Source: Promethearchaeota archaeon (GTDB lineage Archaea > Asgardarchaeota > Lokiarchaeia > Sigyniarchaeales > SOKP01). From it: a DNA stretch of 43,704 nt. Position 1 is the stretch's first letter. Each line of letters starts with the position of its first letter. Below are positions 25,771 to 34,972 of the stretch, in pieces. The notes under the pieces were generated by a model, which saw only the letters and a program-made list of their open reading frames with translations, was not told the DNA's origin and searched no databases. The translations under genes were made by a program, and so were the position numbers. The stretch is taken from positions 1 through 43,704 of the forward strand of contig JAEOTS010000175.1 of NCBI GenBank assembly GCA_016839745.1, given 5' to 3'.

Positions 25771-26859
25771 ATGTCCGAAGAAAAAATTGAAGTAGAAGCA
25801 GAAGGAAAAAAAAGATTACATGTGCGTTACGAGTGGTTAGATCAATTTCGAGGATTAATTATAATTTTCCTTATCATTTCAGTGATAACTTGGCCATTAT
25901 CCGGGGAATTTCCAACTACAGTTGCTCCGATAGGTCCTCCTCTTTTAAACCATGGATTCCAATATTACGATGGGAATCCCGCCTTAATCACTATAATTGA
26001 TATAGGTCAACAAATTTTTATGTTCGTTTTAGGATTTGTAGCGTATATAGCTTTTACTAGTAGGAAAGAAAAAAAAGGGGTTGGAGCTGCGTGGAAGCAT
26101 GGATTAATACGTGTAGCTATTTTATATGGATTAGCTTTCTTAGACGATGGGTTAATAGGAGGCTTACTTTTTGGTGATGGTATTCCTTGGGATGAAGTGT
26201 TATGGTATGGCACTTTAGCTAATTTAGCAATCGGTACTTTTGCTGCTTATCTGTTCACATATTTAATTCCTAAAAGCCCTGATAAGAGATTATATGTATG
26301 CATTGGAATAATGGTTATTCACGCAATTTTATATGCAACTCCTATATTTGAACACAAAGGATTTGGTGGTGGCACAATTCCTTTCCCATTTAATTCGTTG
26401 AACCACGCCGCTATTGCCATTGCGGCGACCTGTTTCTCTCAATGGTATAAAATGGATCCGAATGAACCTAACATTGGTTTTAAAAAGAGAATTCTACCTG
26501 TGGCAACGATTTTTATAATTTTATTCTATTGTTTGGATTGGATTCAGCCTGCAGAACACCACGATGCGACAACTTCCCTTGCGTTCCTCGCAATTGCGGC
26601 CTCTGGTTTTTTAATAGCGGTTTTCTATGGTTTTGAGAAAATGAAGTTTAAAGTTCCAGTACTATCAGAGATGGGCAAAAACATGCTTCTCTTGTTTATA
26701 CTGGCTTTTATATTCGATGTTGCTATAGGTCTTTTTGAAACAGAGATTCGTATGGCAAATCCATTAATAATCATGCTTTTAATAGGAGTGTTGCCAATAG
26801 CAATTGAAGCGGGTATCGCTATGCTGTTAGCAAAGTGGGATATAAAGATTAAAATCTAA
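25771..26859 (+). CDS. heparan-alpha-glucosaminide N-acetyltransferase-like (HGSNAT/NagX) membrane acyltransferase
   Basis: RYEWLDQFRGL, LNHG, ITIIDIGQQIFMFVLG correspond to the R..lD.fRG / H / T.aD..fp.F.f..G family pattern. Confidence 0.7.
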   Translation: MSEEKIEVEAEGKKRLHVRYEWLDQFRGLIIIFLIISVITWPLSGEFPTTVAPIGPPLLNHGFQYYDGNPALITIIDIGQQIFMFVLGFVAYIAFTSRKEKKGVGAAWKHGLIRVAILYGLAFLDDGLIGGLLFGDGIPWDEVLWYGTLANLAIGTFAAYLFTYLIPKSPDKRLYVCIGIMVIHAILYATPIFEHKGFGGGTIPFPFNSLNHAAIAIAATCFSQWYKMDPNEPNIGFKKRILPVATIFIILFYCLDWIQPAEHHDATTSLAFLAIAASGFLIAVFYGFEKMKFKVPVLSEMGKNMLLLFILAFIFDVAIGLFETEIRMANPLIIMLLIGVLPIAIEAGIAMLLAKWDIKIKI

Positions 26860-27025
26860 ATCTTTTTTTTTAATCATATTTATACGATTTTTTTTCATAA
26901 AACGACTATATCACATAATTTTTTAATAGGGCCAATTGAGTGAAGAAGTAAGAAATATACTGTAAATATATAAAAGTAGAAAATATTATATTTTTGGATA
27001 CAATTACAATTAGGAAGAATTACTT

Positions 27026-28291
27026 ATGAAAAACGATATCACTGTAGGTCTAGACTATAGTCATAATAATATGCTAACTTTAGAGGCTTCAAGTTACGCT
27101 GATTTTACTCAATTTCTATTTACTTCTGCTTATAAGTTGGGAAAAATTGAAGCGGGATTCCATTCTTTAGAAAAAGTGAAGAATTACAACGCTATTATTA
27201 TGTCAATACCTAAAAATATCAACTTAGCACCGAAAGAAATAGCAGTTTTAGAAGAATACGTAAGAACAGGTGGCAGTTTACTCATTATAGGTTCTCAGGG
27301 CGGGCAACATAATAATAGAACGAATATTAACGAATTAACGAGGAAGTTTGGATTCGAATTCATAGCAGATGAAATTAACGATTCGGTTAATTACATTAAC
27401 TTACAGAAAAGACCTCTGTTAGCCGACTTTAAACCGCATTACATAACTCAAAATGTAAAAAAAATAGTTTTATCAAGCGCTTGTTCATTAGGGACGATAA
27501 AGCTTACAGCAGCGCAAGAAAAGAATATAAAAGTCGAAGTTCTTGTGAGGGGGGGGTTAAACTGTTGGAGAAGACGATTCGATGACAAGGATTGGATCGA
27601 AGAAGATTGCCCCAAGGTTCCATTACTCCTTACTTCCGAGTATTATAATGGTCAAGTAGTGTCGTTTGGAACACTTTCGATATTTTCGTCTCTTGGGAGA
27701 GAATACGGATTTTCTGCTTTTGATAATGATATTATTATAGCAAATATCTTAAGATGGCTTACTTTAGATGTTGCCGCTGAGGGAAAGGTAATAACAATTG
27801 AGATACAAAGAGATTTATTCCACTGGGCAGATTCTCTTCTAAAAAGAAAAAAATGGGAAAATTTTTCTGATGTACTTAATGTTGGTTTGAAGTATTTTAA
27901 AGATAATTATAAGGCGATTATGAAAGAATTAGAAAGCAAACAAGTGGAAAGATACCAAATAACACCGGGACCTAAAAAAGTCGTGAAAGAAAAAGAAGAA
28001 GAGAAAGTAATCGATTTAATTCCTAAAAGGAAAGTAGAAGACCTAGATGACATTATAAGTGCTATCGAAGATATCTCGGGAGAAAAATACGAGCGTACTC
28101 TTTCTGGAAATGAAGAAGATGAAATTCAACAAGAAGAACGTGAGTTTATTGGAAAACTACCAGAAGATCTGAATACATTAACAGTAAAAGAATTAAAAAG
28201 TTTTTGTACTAAGAATGACATTAATCTGCCGCCGAATTCTCGAAAAAAAGACATAATAAAAATAATTTTGTATGTATTAGGCTCAGACTAA
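27026..28291 (+). CDS. GIFT (GldG/IFT52-like) domain protein with ribbon-helix-helix and C-terminal HEH/SAP-like domain
   Basis: LDYSHN, YVRTGGSLLIIGSQGG...TNINEL...FG, GQVVSFG...DN...NILRWL; TIEIQRDL...NFSDVL (RHH); LNTLTVKELKSFC...RKKDII (HEH). Confidence 0.7.
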   Translation: MKNDITVGLDYSHNNMLTLEASSYADFTQFLFTSAYKLGKIEAGFHSLEKVKNYNAIIMSIPKNINLAPKEIAVLEEYVRTGGSLLIIGSQGGQHNNRTNINELTRKFGFEFIADEINDSVNYINLQKRPLLADFKPHYITQNVKKIVLSSACSLGTIKLTAAQEKNIKVEVLVRGGLNCWRRRFDDKDWIEEDCPKVPLLLTSEYYNGQVVSFGTLSIFSSLGREYGFSAFDNDIIIANILRWLTLDVAAEGKVITIEIQRDLFHWADSLLKRKKWENFSDVLNVGLKYFKDNYKAIMKELESKQVERYQITPGPKKVVKEKEEEKVIDLIPKRKVEDLDDIISAIEDISGEKYERTLSGNEEDEIQQEEREFIGKLPEDLNTLTVKELKSFCTKNDINLPPNSRKKDIIKIILYVLGSD

Positions 28292-28392
28292 TTAAATACG
28301 TTTTAGGAAATGATTAACTAATTATACTTAACCTAAAACTAAAAATAGAATGCTTCTTTTTTCAAAACTAAGTATCTTGTTTTTATTTAATT

Positions 28393-29796
28393 ATGAATCG
28401 ATTCTTATTTGTGTTAGGTTCAAACTGGCAGTTATCTTTAGCCGAACTTGATAATTTTTTGAAGAATTCGCAAATTAGAGGGCGAATTACAGATTACTCC
28501 GCGAATATCGCGATAGTTGAGTTTGATGATCTACATAAAAATAAATACTACATCAATGATTTAATGGAGCTTCAATATTTATTAGGAGGGTGCCAAAAAA
28601 TTGCCGAAATTTACGATTTTGTGGATATTCAAACAACCTTTAACGCATTCCCACTAAAAGTTGAGAAGTTTAAACTAATTGAAACTAAGAGAAGAGAAAT
28701 TCTTAAGGTTATAAACGATATCCTTCCAAGAATATTTCCAAAAATTAAAAACGAAAGTATTTTTTTTGCGGTTTCAATTTATCCTAATCTTTATGACGAT
28801 ACATATTACTCAGATGTATTAGTAAAACACTTTCTTCCCTTCTTGAATAAAGAAATAATGGCGCTTTTAAATGAAATAGGTGCTAAAAAATCGCTCTATT
28901 ATAGGTATCCTGAGGAAAACATCAAATCGGGTAATTTAAATCCTATCTTCCCGCATAATGTTATAAAATACGGATTATTCAATAAAGATCGCGCTGAAGT
29001 AATATTTGGTTTCACAGAAGAGGGGTTTTATATAGCAAGGACGATTACTTGTGATGACCCTAATTTTAAAAAGAAAACAGACGAGGAAAGACCTTTTAAA
29101 GAGTTCAAAAGTGCTATATCACCAAAATTAGCACTTATTATGTTAAATTTCTTGAATTTATTTGAAGAAAGAGAAAAGAAAAAAATTCTAGATCCGTTCG
29201 TAGGAAATGGCACCATTTTATTATTTGCGTTAATTGAAGACTTCCAAATATATGGTTCTGATATTGACGATGTAAAAGTCAAGAAAACGCTACGCAATCT
29301 TAACTGGTTACTAAACGAACTTGAAGAACCTATTCCCTATATGCTAAATGAGAATATTAGACAAGCAAATATCAATAAACTATCTTCTATTTTTGATAAA
29401 GAACAGTTTGACGGAATTACGACTGAGCCGGAATTAGGCCCTTTTTACAATCAAAAGCCCTACTACACTGAAATAAAAAAATTAATTGATTCAAAATTAA
29501 AACCGATATTTGAAGCTACTTTTCGAGAAGCTTATAAGGTTTTAAAACCAAAAGCTAGAATCAGTATTGTTGCACCGATTTTCAGTACAGTTGATGGCGG
29601 TGATCTCACGCTTAACATAGAGGAACTCGCCAGAAAAAATAATTTTACCCTTATACCTTTACTTGATTTGAATAGAATCGCTAATAAATCGAATCAAAAA
29701 CTCCAGTTTCAGCGAAAACATGTGAAAGCTATGCTTGATGCTAAAAAAGGACAAATAGTAAAAAGAAAAATCTTTGTTTTTGAAAAAGAGAATTAA
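28393..29796 (+). CDS. tRNA (guanine-10 N2) methyltransferase-like, Trm11/TrmG10 (THUMP plus Rossmann)
   Basis: LSLAEL, ISPKLALIMLN, ILDPFVGNGTIL, YGSDI, ITTEPELG (DPPY-equivalent). Confidence 0.75.
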   Translation: MNRFLFVLGSNWQLSLAELDNFLKNSQIRGRITDYSANIAIVEFDDLHKNKYYINDLMELQYLLGGCQKIAEIYDFVDIQTTFNAFPLKVEKFKLIETKRREILKVINDILPRIFPKIKNESIFFAVSIYPNLYDDTYYSDVLVKHFLPFLNKEIMALLNEIGAKKSLYYRYPEENIKSGNLNPIFPHNVIKYGLFNKDRAEVIFGFTEEGFYIARTITCDDPNFKKKTDEERPFKEFKSAISPKLALIMLNFLNLFEEREKKKILDPFVGNGTILLFALIEDFQIYGSDIDDVKVKKTLRNLNWLLNELEEPIPYMLNENIRQANINKLSSIFDKEQFDGITTEPELGPFYNQKPYYTEIKKLIDSKLKPIFEATFREAYKVLKPKARISIVAPIFSTVDGGDLTLNIEELARKNNFTLIPLLDLNRIANKSNQKLQFQRKHVKAMLDAKKGQIVKRKIFVFEKEN

Positions 29797-29808
29797 TTCG
29801 GAAAAACC

Positions 29809-30477
29809 ATGAATTACAAAGAGATCTTAGATACAATTAATGGAGCAATCGAAGGCGAAGCACATTTAGATCAGTTAGCACGAAAAAAGCAAGATCCATT
29901 TAAAATTCTGATTTCTACGATTTTATCAGCTAGAACGAGAGATTCAAACACAGAAGAAGCAACTAAAACGCTTTTTGCTAAGTATAACACTCCAGAACTT
30001 ATCGCTAATGCTGAGGTAGAGGAGTTAGAAAAATTAATTTTTAAGTCAGGATTTTACAGGGTAAAAGCAGTTAGAATTAAAGAAGTTTCTCAAATAATAA
30101 ATGATGAATACGATAGTGTCGTGCCTGACGATTTTGAAGATTTAATCTCTTTACCTGGCGTTGGAGCAAAAACGGCAAATTGTGTTTTAGTTTACGCTTT
30201 TAAAATTCCTGCAATACCTGTAGATACGCATGTGCATAGAATCCCTAATAGATTAGGGTGGATTAAGACGAAAAAACCGGAAGAAACCGAAAAGGAATTA
30301 AAAAAAATCATTCCCAAGGATCAGTGGATTCGTGTAAACAGGTTGTTTGTAAGATTTGGTCAAGAAATTTGTCTTCCAAATCGTCCCAAATGCGATCTGT
30401 GCCCGATAAATACCATATGTGAAAAAGATTTCTCAATGGAATTAGCCCTAAGAAATAAAAAAAAGAAGAAGAACTAG
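29809..30477 (+). CDS. nth: endonuclease III
   Basis: LISTILSART, HhH LPGVGAKTA, VDTHVHR, C-x6-C-x2-C-x5-C Fe-S motif. Confidence 0.95.
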   Translation: MNYKEILDTINGAIEGEAHLDQLARKKQDPFKILISTILSARTRDSNTEEATKTLFAKYNTPELIANAEVEELEKLIFKSGFYRVKAVRIKEVSQIINDEYDSVVPDDFEDLISLPGVGAKTANCVLVYAFKIPAIPVDTHVHRIPNRLGWIKTKKPEETEKELKKIIPKDQWIRVNRLFVRFGQEICLPNRPKCDLCPINTICEKDFSMELALRNKKKKKN

Positions 30478-31058
30478 TATTGATTTCTTACAACGGATTT
30501 TTTGTTTCTCTTAAAAAGGTATCCAATTATTAGTCCAGCTACTAAGCCAAAAATATGAGCAAAATAGTTAACTCCAGGAGTAAAGGAAGAAAATACAAAA
30601 TAGAAGATATAAATCAAACCAATAAATATTAATGGAGTGTCTCGTTGTACAATTAAGATTGAGAATGCTGCCCCAATTAATCCAAAGATTGCACCAGATG
30701 CACCAAGGCTTATTGTGTAAAAAGGTAATAATAACATTGAGAAAAAACTCCCAACTAATCCTGATACAAAGTAAATTATAATATATTGGTATTTAGAATA
30801 GCTGAGCTCAACATAAGCTCCAAAAATCAAAAGTGATACCATGTTCGAGAAGAGGTGAAGAGCGTCCCCATGTAGGAACATTGAAGTAAAAAGGCGCCAT
30901 ATCTCTAAATCATTTATGATTTTGGAATTAATTTGGACTAAAAGATAAAATACTTCATCGAAACCAAATGAAAATAATAAGTATAAAAGCGTGTTGATAG
31001 AAATCAGAAATATTGTTATCCTTGCTTCTTTAATATTTGACGCGTCTAAAATAAACAT
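30474..31058 (-). CDS. rhomboid intramembrane serine protease
   Basis: WRLFTSMFLH, HLFSNM, GASGAIFG (catalytic Ser), AHIFG (catalytic His). Confidence 0.93.
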   Translation of the reverse strand: MFILDASNIKEARITIFLISINTLLYLLFSFGFDEVFYLLVQINSKIINDLEIWRLFTSMFLHGDALHLFSNMVSLLIFGAYVELSYSKYQYIIIYFVSGLVGSFFSMLLLPFYTISLGASGAIFGLIGAAFSILIVQRDTPLIFIGLIYIFYFVFSSFTPGVNYFAHIFGLVAGLIIGYLFKRNKKSVVRNQY

Positions 31059-31158
31059 AAAAGTATCACAATTTATATGTGACGGAATTAGTATTTTATA
31101 ATATTTTAATATAAAAAGGTATAATAAGTATAAAATTTATCATTATTTTGTTGATACT

Positions 31159-32280
31159 ATGGAAAATCGGCGTTTGTTTCGGTCTAAAATTCAGCTGTTA
31201 TTTTCGCTCCATTTTAATGGCTATTTGAAAGATATAAGGTTATTTAAGGCTTTTTTAGATGTTCCTCTAAAAGATTTTATACCAAATGAAATACAAGCCC
31301 AAGTTAGAATTTACGACGACGCTCCGGTTTTATTTTACTTAGATAAAGAGAACCCTGCATCGCTTAGGACAATTTCTGCCCCCCATATGATTTCAGTTAT
31401 GCTACAAGAATTAATCTTAAACGATAGCGACGATTTACTTATTTTAGGAGCTAAAAGTGGATATATTGCCGTTCTAGCTCATAAATTAGCTCCAAAAGGC
31501 AAGATTGTAATTTTAGAAGCTAATTCGAAAATAGCGAAAATTACCGCAGAAAATTTAAACAATCAAAATTTAAACGGGGAAATAGAAGTCATAGTAAAAA
31601 ATCCGCTTGAAGGATTTCCTGAGTTAAGTCCGTGGCAAAAGATCCTCGTAACTGGCGCAATAAAGCAAGAACGAATAAATCCATTGCTAGAGCAATTAGA
31701 TTCTACAGAAGGGGTATTATTTGCCCCCATTGGAGAAAATTATTTGCAAACTTACACTCAGATCATTCGATTTGGGGATGAATTTTTTGGAAAAAAGTAC
31801 CTTCAAGTACGTTTCACACCTCTAATAACTCAAATTGAATTAGATGAATTAAAACTTATAACGGATATAGACGAACTTGAAGCTTTTACCGTTAAACATA
31901 AAAAAAACAAACCGAGGAATGCAAATCTCAAGGGAAATGTTACCATTAACTATGCTTCTAATGTTTTAGATGAAGTGAGACTAGAACCTTATTTAAAAAG
32001 CAATTTACACGAGATCAACGATGAAAGTATCTATGATGCTATTAAACAACACATGGAACAGGCAATCAATACAAAAAACAAAAAGGAAAATCGAGAATAT
32101 TTAGAAAATATCAATGCATCTCTAGAGCAAATAAAGAAGTTAATTAGTAAACTAAAGAAAGATATTAAAGAAAAGGGTATTGTTGATCCGCGATTTGTAG
32201 AGAAAAAAATTAAACTTATTGAAAAATATCAACTCGAAGTTAGTAGTGTACAAAATAAGTTAAAAAAAGATATACTCTAA
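31159..32280 (+). CDS. protein-L-isoaspartate O-methyltransferase-like protein with C-terminal coiled-coil extension
   Basis: TISAPHM, LILGAKSGY, PWQKILVTGA, LLEQL...G...PIG, VRFTPL; about 150 aa helical tail. Confidence 0.8.
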   Translation: MENRRLFRSKIQLLFSLHFNGYLKDIRLFKAFLDVPLKDFIPNEIQAQVRIYDDAPVLFYLDKENPASLRTISAPHMISVMLQELILNDSDDLLILGAKSGYIAVLAHKLAPKGKIVILEANSKIAKITAENLNNQNLNGEIEVIVKNPLEGFPELSPWQKILVTGAIKQERINPLLEQLDSTEGVLFAPIGENYLQTYTQIIRFGDEFFGKKYLQVRFTPLITQIELDELKLITDIDELEAFTVKHKKNKPRNANLKGNVTINYASNVLDEVRLEPYLKSNLHEINDESIYDAIKQHMEQAINTKNKKENREYLENINASLEQIKKLISKLKKDIKEKGIVDPRFVEKKIKLIEKYQLEVSSVQNKLKKDIL

Positions 32281-33365
32281 TAATATTTTCCATAATTTCT
32301 TGCAACATCCATAAATTTTCTAACATTTTTTAAAGGTATCTCTTTAAATATAACCGTACTTGGCCCTAGAATAAAATGCTTATTTTCTTTTAATACATTT
32401 AACAATTCCTTTACATGTAATTCGATTTGATCACTAGTTCCATATGGAAGGATGTAAGACACATCTCCAAAACCAATTAATACAAAATCTGGATATCGTT
32501 CGTTGATATAAACAGGATCACAACCTCCTTCGAATCCTTGCAATCCTCGAAATCCTGCTTTCTTAAAAGAAGAGATTAATTCTGTGGGATCTCCATCAGT
32601 ATGTATTTGAGAAATTAAATTAGCCTCTGAGATAATAGAATTGATTTTTTTGTAGTAGGGCATAAAATCTTTTTCCCACCTTTCAGGTGAGATCATTGTG
32701 TATCCCTTATATGCAACATCGTCCAATAGGGTTACAACTTTACCCCTACTTTCTGTTGCGTTTATCAATCCTAATATATTAGTTTGGGTCAAGTATGCGT
32801 AGAATTCAATTAATTCTCTATAGAGGGCTGTTCTTTTTTTGAAATGATAGCTAAAATCTATCATACCCATACTTTTCCACACACGATCGAAAATACCATC
32901 CACCATTAAAACGGGAAAGATTTTAGGCGAAATTTTCTCATATCGAGTTATTACTTTATTAATTAGCTCATGATTTTCTATGAGCTTTAAACTGGCTTTA
33001 ATCTCGTTTAAGGTGTCTAAATGTTTAATATATCCGCCCTCATAATAACTTGTATCAGGTCTGACAGCTTGTCCATCTTCTCGAATTCTAATACTTTTTC
33101 CTTCCTCATTTTCAATTTTGATGCTTTTAAATTTAAGACTACGAGGAAATGGAGCAAAAATAGAATCAAAACCTAAGATCCGAGGGATATCAAAATAGAG
33201 GTTGTTGAATATTTTCCCATGATAATCTTTTAAAATACTTCCTTTATTCATATCAATGAATTCTTCTCTGATATATTGAACATGTGTGGGAACTCTTTCA
33301 AGCTTTTTACGCTCATCATCGTCATAAACCGCTAAATAACGCTCGTAGCAATTCATATTCCACAC
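32277..33365 (-). CDS. uroporphyrinogen decarboxylase family protein (URO-D/MtaA-like TIM barrel)
   Basis: DDVAYK..MISP..W...FMPY, HTDG, G.GDVS..LP.GT, FILGPS...PLKNV. Confidence 0.82.
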   Translation of the reverse strand: MWNMNCYERYLAVYDDDERKKLERVPTHVQYIREEFIDMNKGSILKDYHGKIFNNLYFDIPRILGFDSIFAPFPRSLKFKSIKIENEEGKSIRIREDGQAVRPDTSYYEGGYIKHLDTLNEIKASLKLIENHELINKVITRYEKISPKIFPVLMVDGIFDRVWKSMGMIDFSYHFKKRTALYRELIEFYAYLTQTNILGLINATESRGKVVTLLDDVAYKGYTMISPERWEKDFMPYYKKINSIISEANLISQIHTDGDPTELISSFKKAGFRGLQGFEGGCDPVYINERYPDFVLIGFGDVSYILPYGTSDQIELHVKELLNVLKENKHFILGPSTVIFKEIPLKNVRKFMDVARNYGKYY

Positions 33366-33452
33366 AAAAATGAATTTTTACTAAAAAGATTTAAATTATT
33401 AATTATTTGAAATAGAGAATTTTTAAATAAATATTAGGATTATTTTTATGTC

Positions 33453-34307
33453 TTGATAGATCAAAATAACAAATACTTTTGGCAAGTCGTTACGCAATTT
33501 AATAATTTTATGAAATCTGCAATTGAAGGTCCAAATTGTATAAACCCTCAAATTTGTAAAGGAGATTGTTGTTCCATCAAAATTAATATTCCAAAGGTTC
33601 TTGCCAAAGAATACATTCGAAGAGGATATGCTAATATAAATGATTTTATCAGAAGTAATGTCTTTTCTTTTCAATTAAGATTTAATGAGAAAACTGGAAA
33701 ATGTTTTTTATTCGATAAGCAAATCAACGGATGCTCTATCCACAACTCTGGAATCAAACCACCTCAATGTTGGATTTATCCTACTGGTTTCTTAAATCCA
33801 GAAAATAAACAAATTAAATGCAAGAAAGTTACTGGATGGAAAATAATCGATGAGCACAAAGCAAAACAAGCTGAAAACCTCCTACAAAAATTTATATTTT
33901 TATGCAAAATTGAAGCCAAAAAAGAGTTAGATCTTATTAAAATGAGATTAAATAATTCAGATAATACGATATCGCAAAACAAATCTTATTCCCTTAAAGA
34001 AGAATTAATTAAGTTCACTCCAAGTAGTTTAGGGGGATTTAAAGATTTATGGGAACACATAAGTCCTCTCCCAGCAGAAGGTTTATCTTTGCAAATGAAA
34101 AAATTTTGTGTTCTCTATAATAAAAACTGCAAATATCTCGTAGATAATTTTATAAATTGTCCTAGTGTTTGCGAAACGATAGCAAACAAATTAGTTGAGT
34201 TTTTACAGCAAAGTTTGTTACTATATGTTAAGAAAAAGGGTGCGGATATCAAAGGTGAATATCCTTTATACAAATTATTCACATTTAAAAATTTGACCTC
34301 TTTTTGA
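33453..34307 (+). CDS. YkgJ/CxxCxxCC family cysteine-cluster protein
   Basis: CINPQICKGDCC, C..FD, GCSIH, KPPQCWIYP; extra C-terminal Cys residues. Confidence 0.75.
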   Translation: MIDQNNKYFWQVVTQFNNFMKSAIEGPNCINPQICKGDCCSIKINIPKVLAKEYIRRGYANINDFIRSNVFSFQLRFNEKTGKCFLFDKQINGCSIHNSGIKPPQCWIYPTGFLNPENKQIKCKKVTGWKIIDEHKAKQAENLLQKFIFLCKIEAKKELDLIKMRLNNSDNTISQNKSYSLKEELIKFTPSSLGGFKDLWEHISPLPAEGLSLQMKKFCVLYNKNCKYLVDNFINCPSVCETIANKLVEFLQQSLLLYVKKKGADIKGEYPLYKLFTFKNLTSF

Positions 34308-34489
34308 AAAAAATTCTTTTTTAAAGATTTTTGTCGGCGAATTAGGCTGCTATTGCCTTGAATGCAATACAAATATTCTGGTGATATTATCTGTGTATTA
34401 CTTATTTTTAAGATTAGTTTCAATATCTATCTAAATAACACTTTTATATTAGGTAAGAAATATATTTATATACAATTAAATGTGATATT

Positions 34490-34858
34490 ATGGAATTAGG
34501 AGATAAATCTTTATCGGAGTTAACCGAAAAAGTCTTTTCTGAGAAGTACAAATTTCTCGACGGTCCACAAAAATTAAAAGGGAGATCAGGAAAACTTTGG
34601 ACATTTAACGCAGTTATTAGCGATGAAAAGTACGGTAAATATGGCGTTTTTGTCCGAGATTGGAAAAGAGAAATCTCTATTACGCAATTACGTCAACTTC
34701 ATAAAGCTTGCGTTGATATTCCAGACATTGAAGGAGGAATTATGGTATGTAACATTGCAACAGATTTTTCTCGCGATTATAGTTCTCAATTTGGAATTCA
34801 GTTGCTTTCAAGAGGACACCTTGTTTCTAAGCTCCGAAATAGAGAATTCCAATTTTAA
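34490..34858 (+). CDS. Mrr-like restriction-endonuclease-fold protein, probably inactive
   Basis: KGRSGKLWTFNAV, GVFVRDW, GGIMVC, FGIQLL; catalytic D and E-x-K replaced. Confidence 0.6.
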   Translation: MELGDKSLSELTEKVFSEKYKFLDGPQKLKGRSGKLWTFNAVISDEKYGKYGVFVRDWKREISITQLRQLHKACVDIPDIEGGIMVCNIATDFSRDYSSQFGIQLLSRGHLVSKLRNREFQF

Positions 34859-34972
34859 AATTTATTATATCTTTTACACATATTCTTAAGAAAGAAAATT
34901 TATTTAACTCTCCATTCTGTATACTTAAGTGTACTATATAAGATAATTTTTAAAATTTTAAAGTGGACAAAT

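Noticed and set aside
32277-33365. URO-D family protein as the MT2 of the MttB operon, or as hemE
   Set aside because: It is 28 kb away, the H-x-C...C zinc motif is replaced (HTD, no terminal Cys), and there is no heme context
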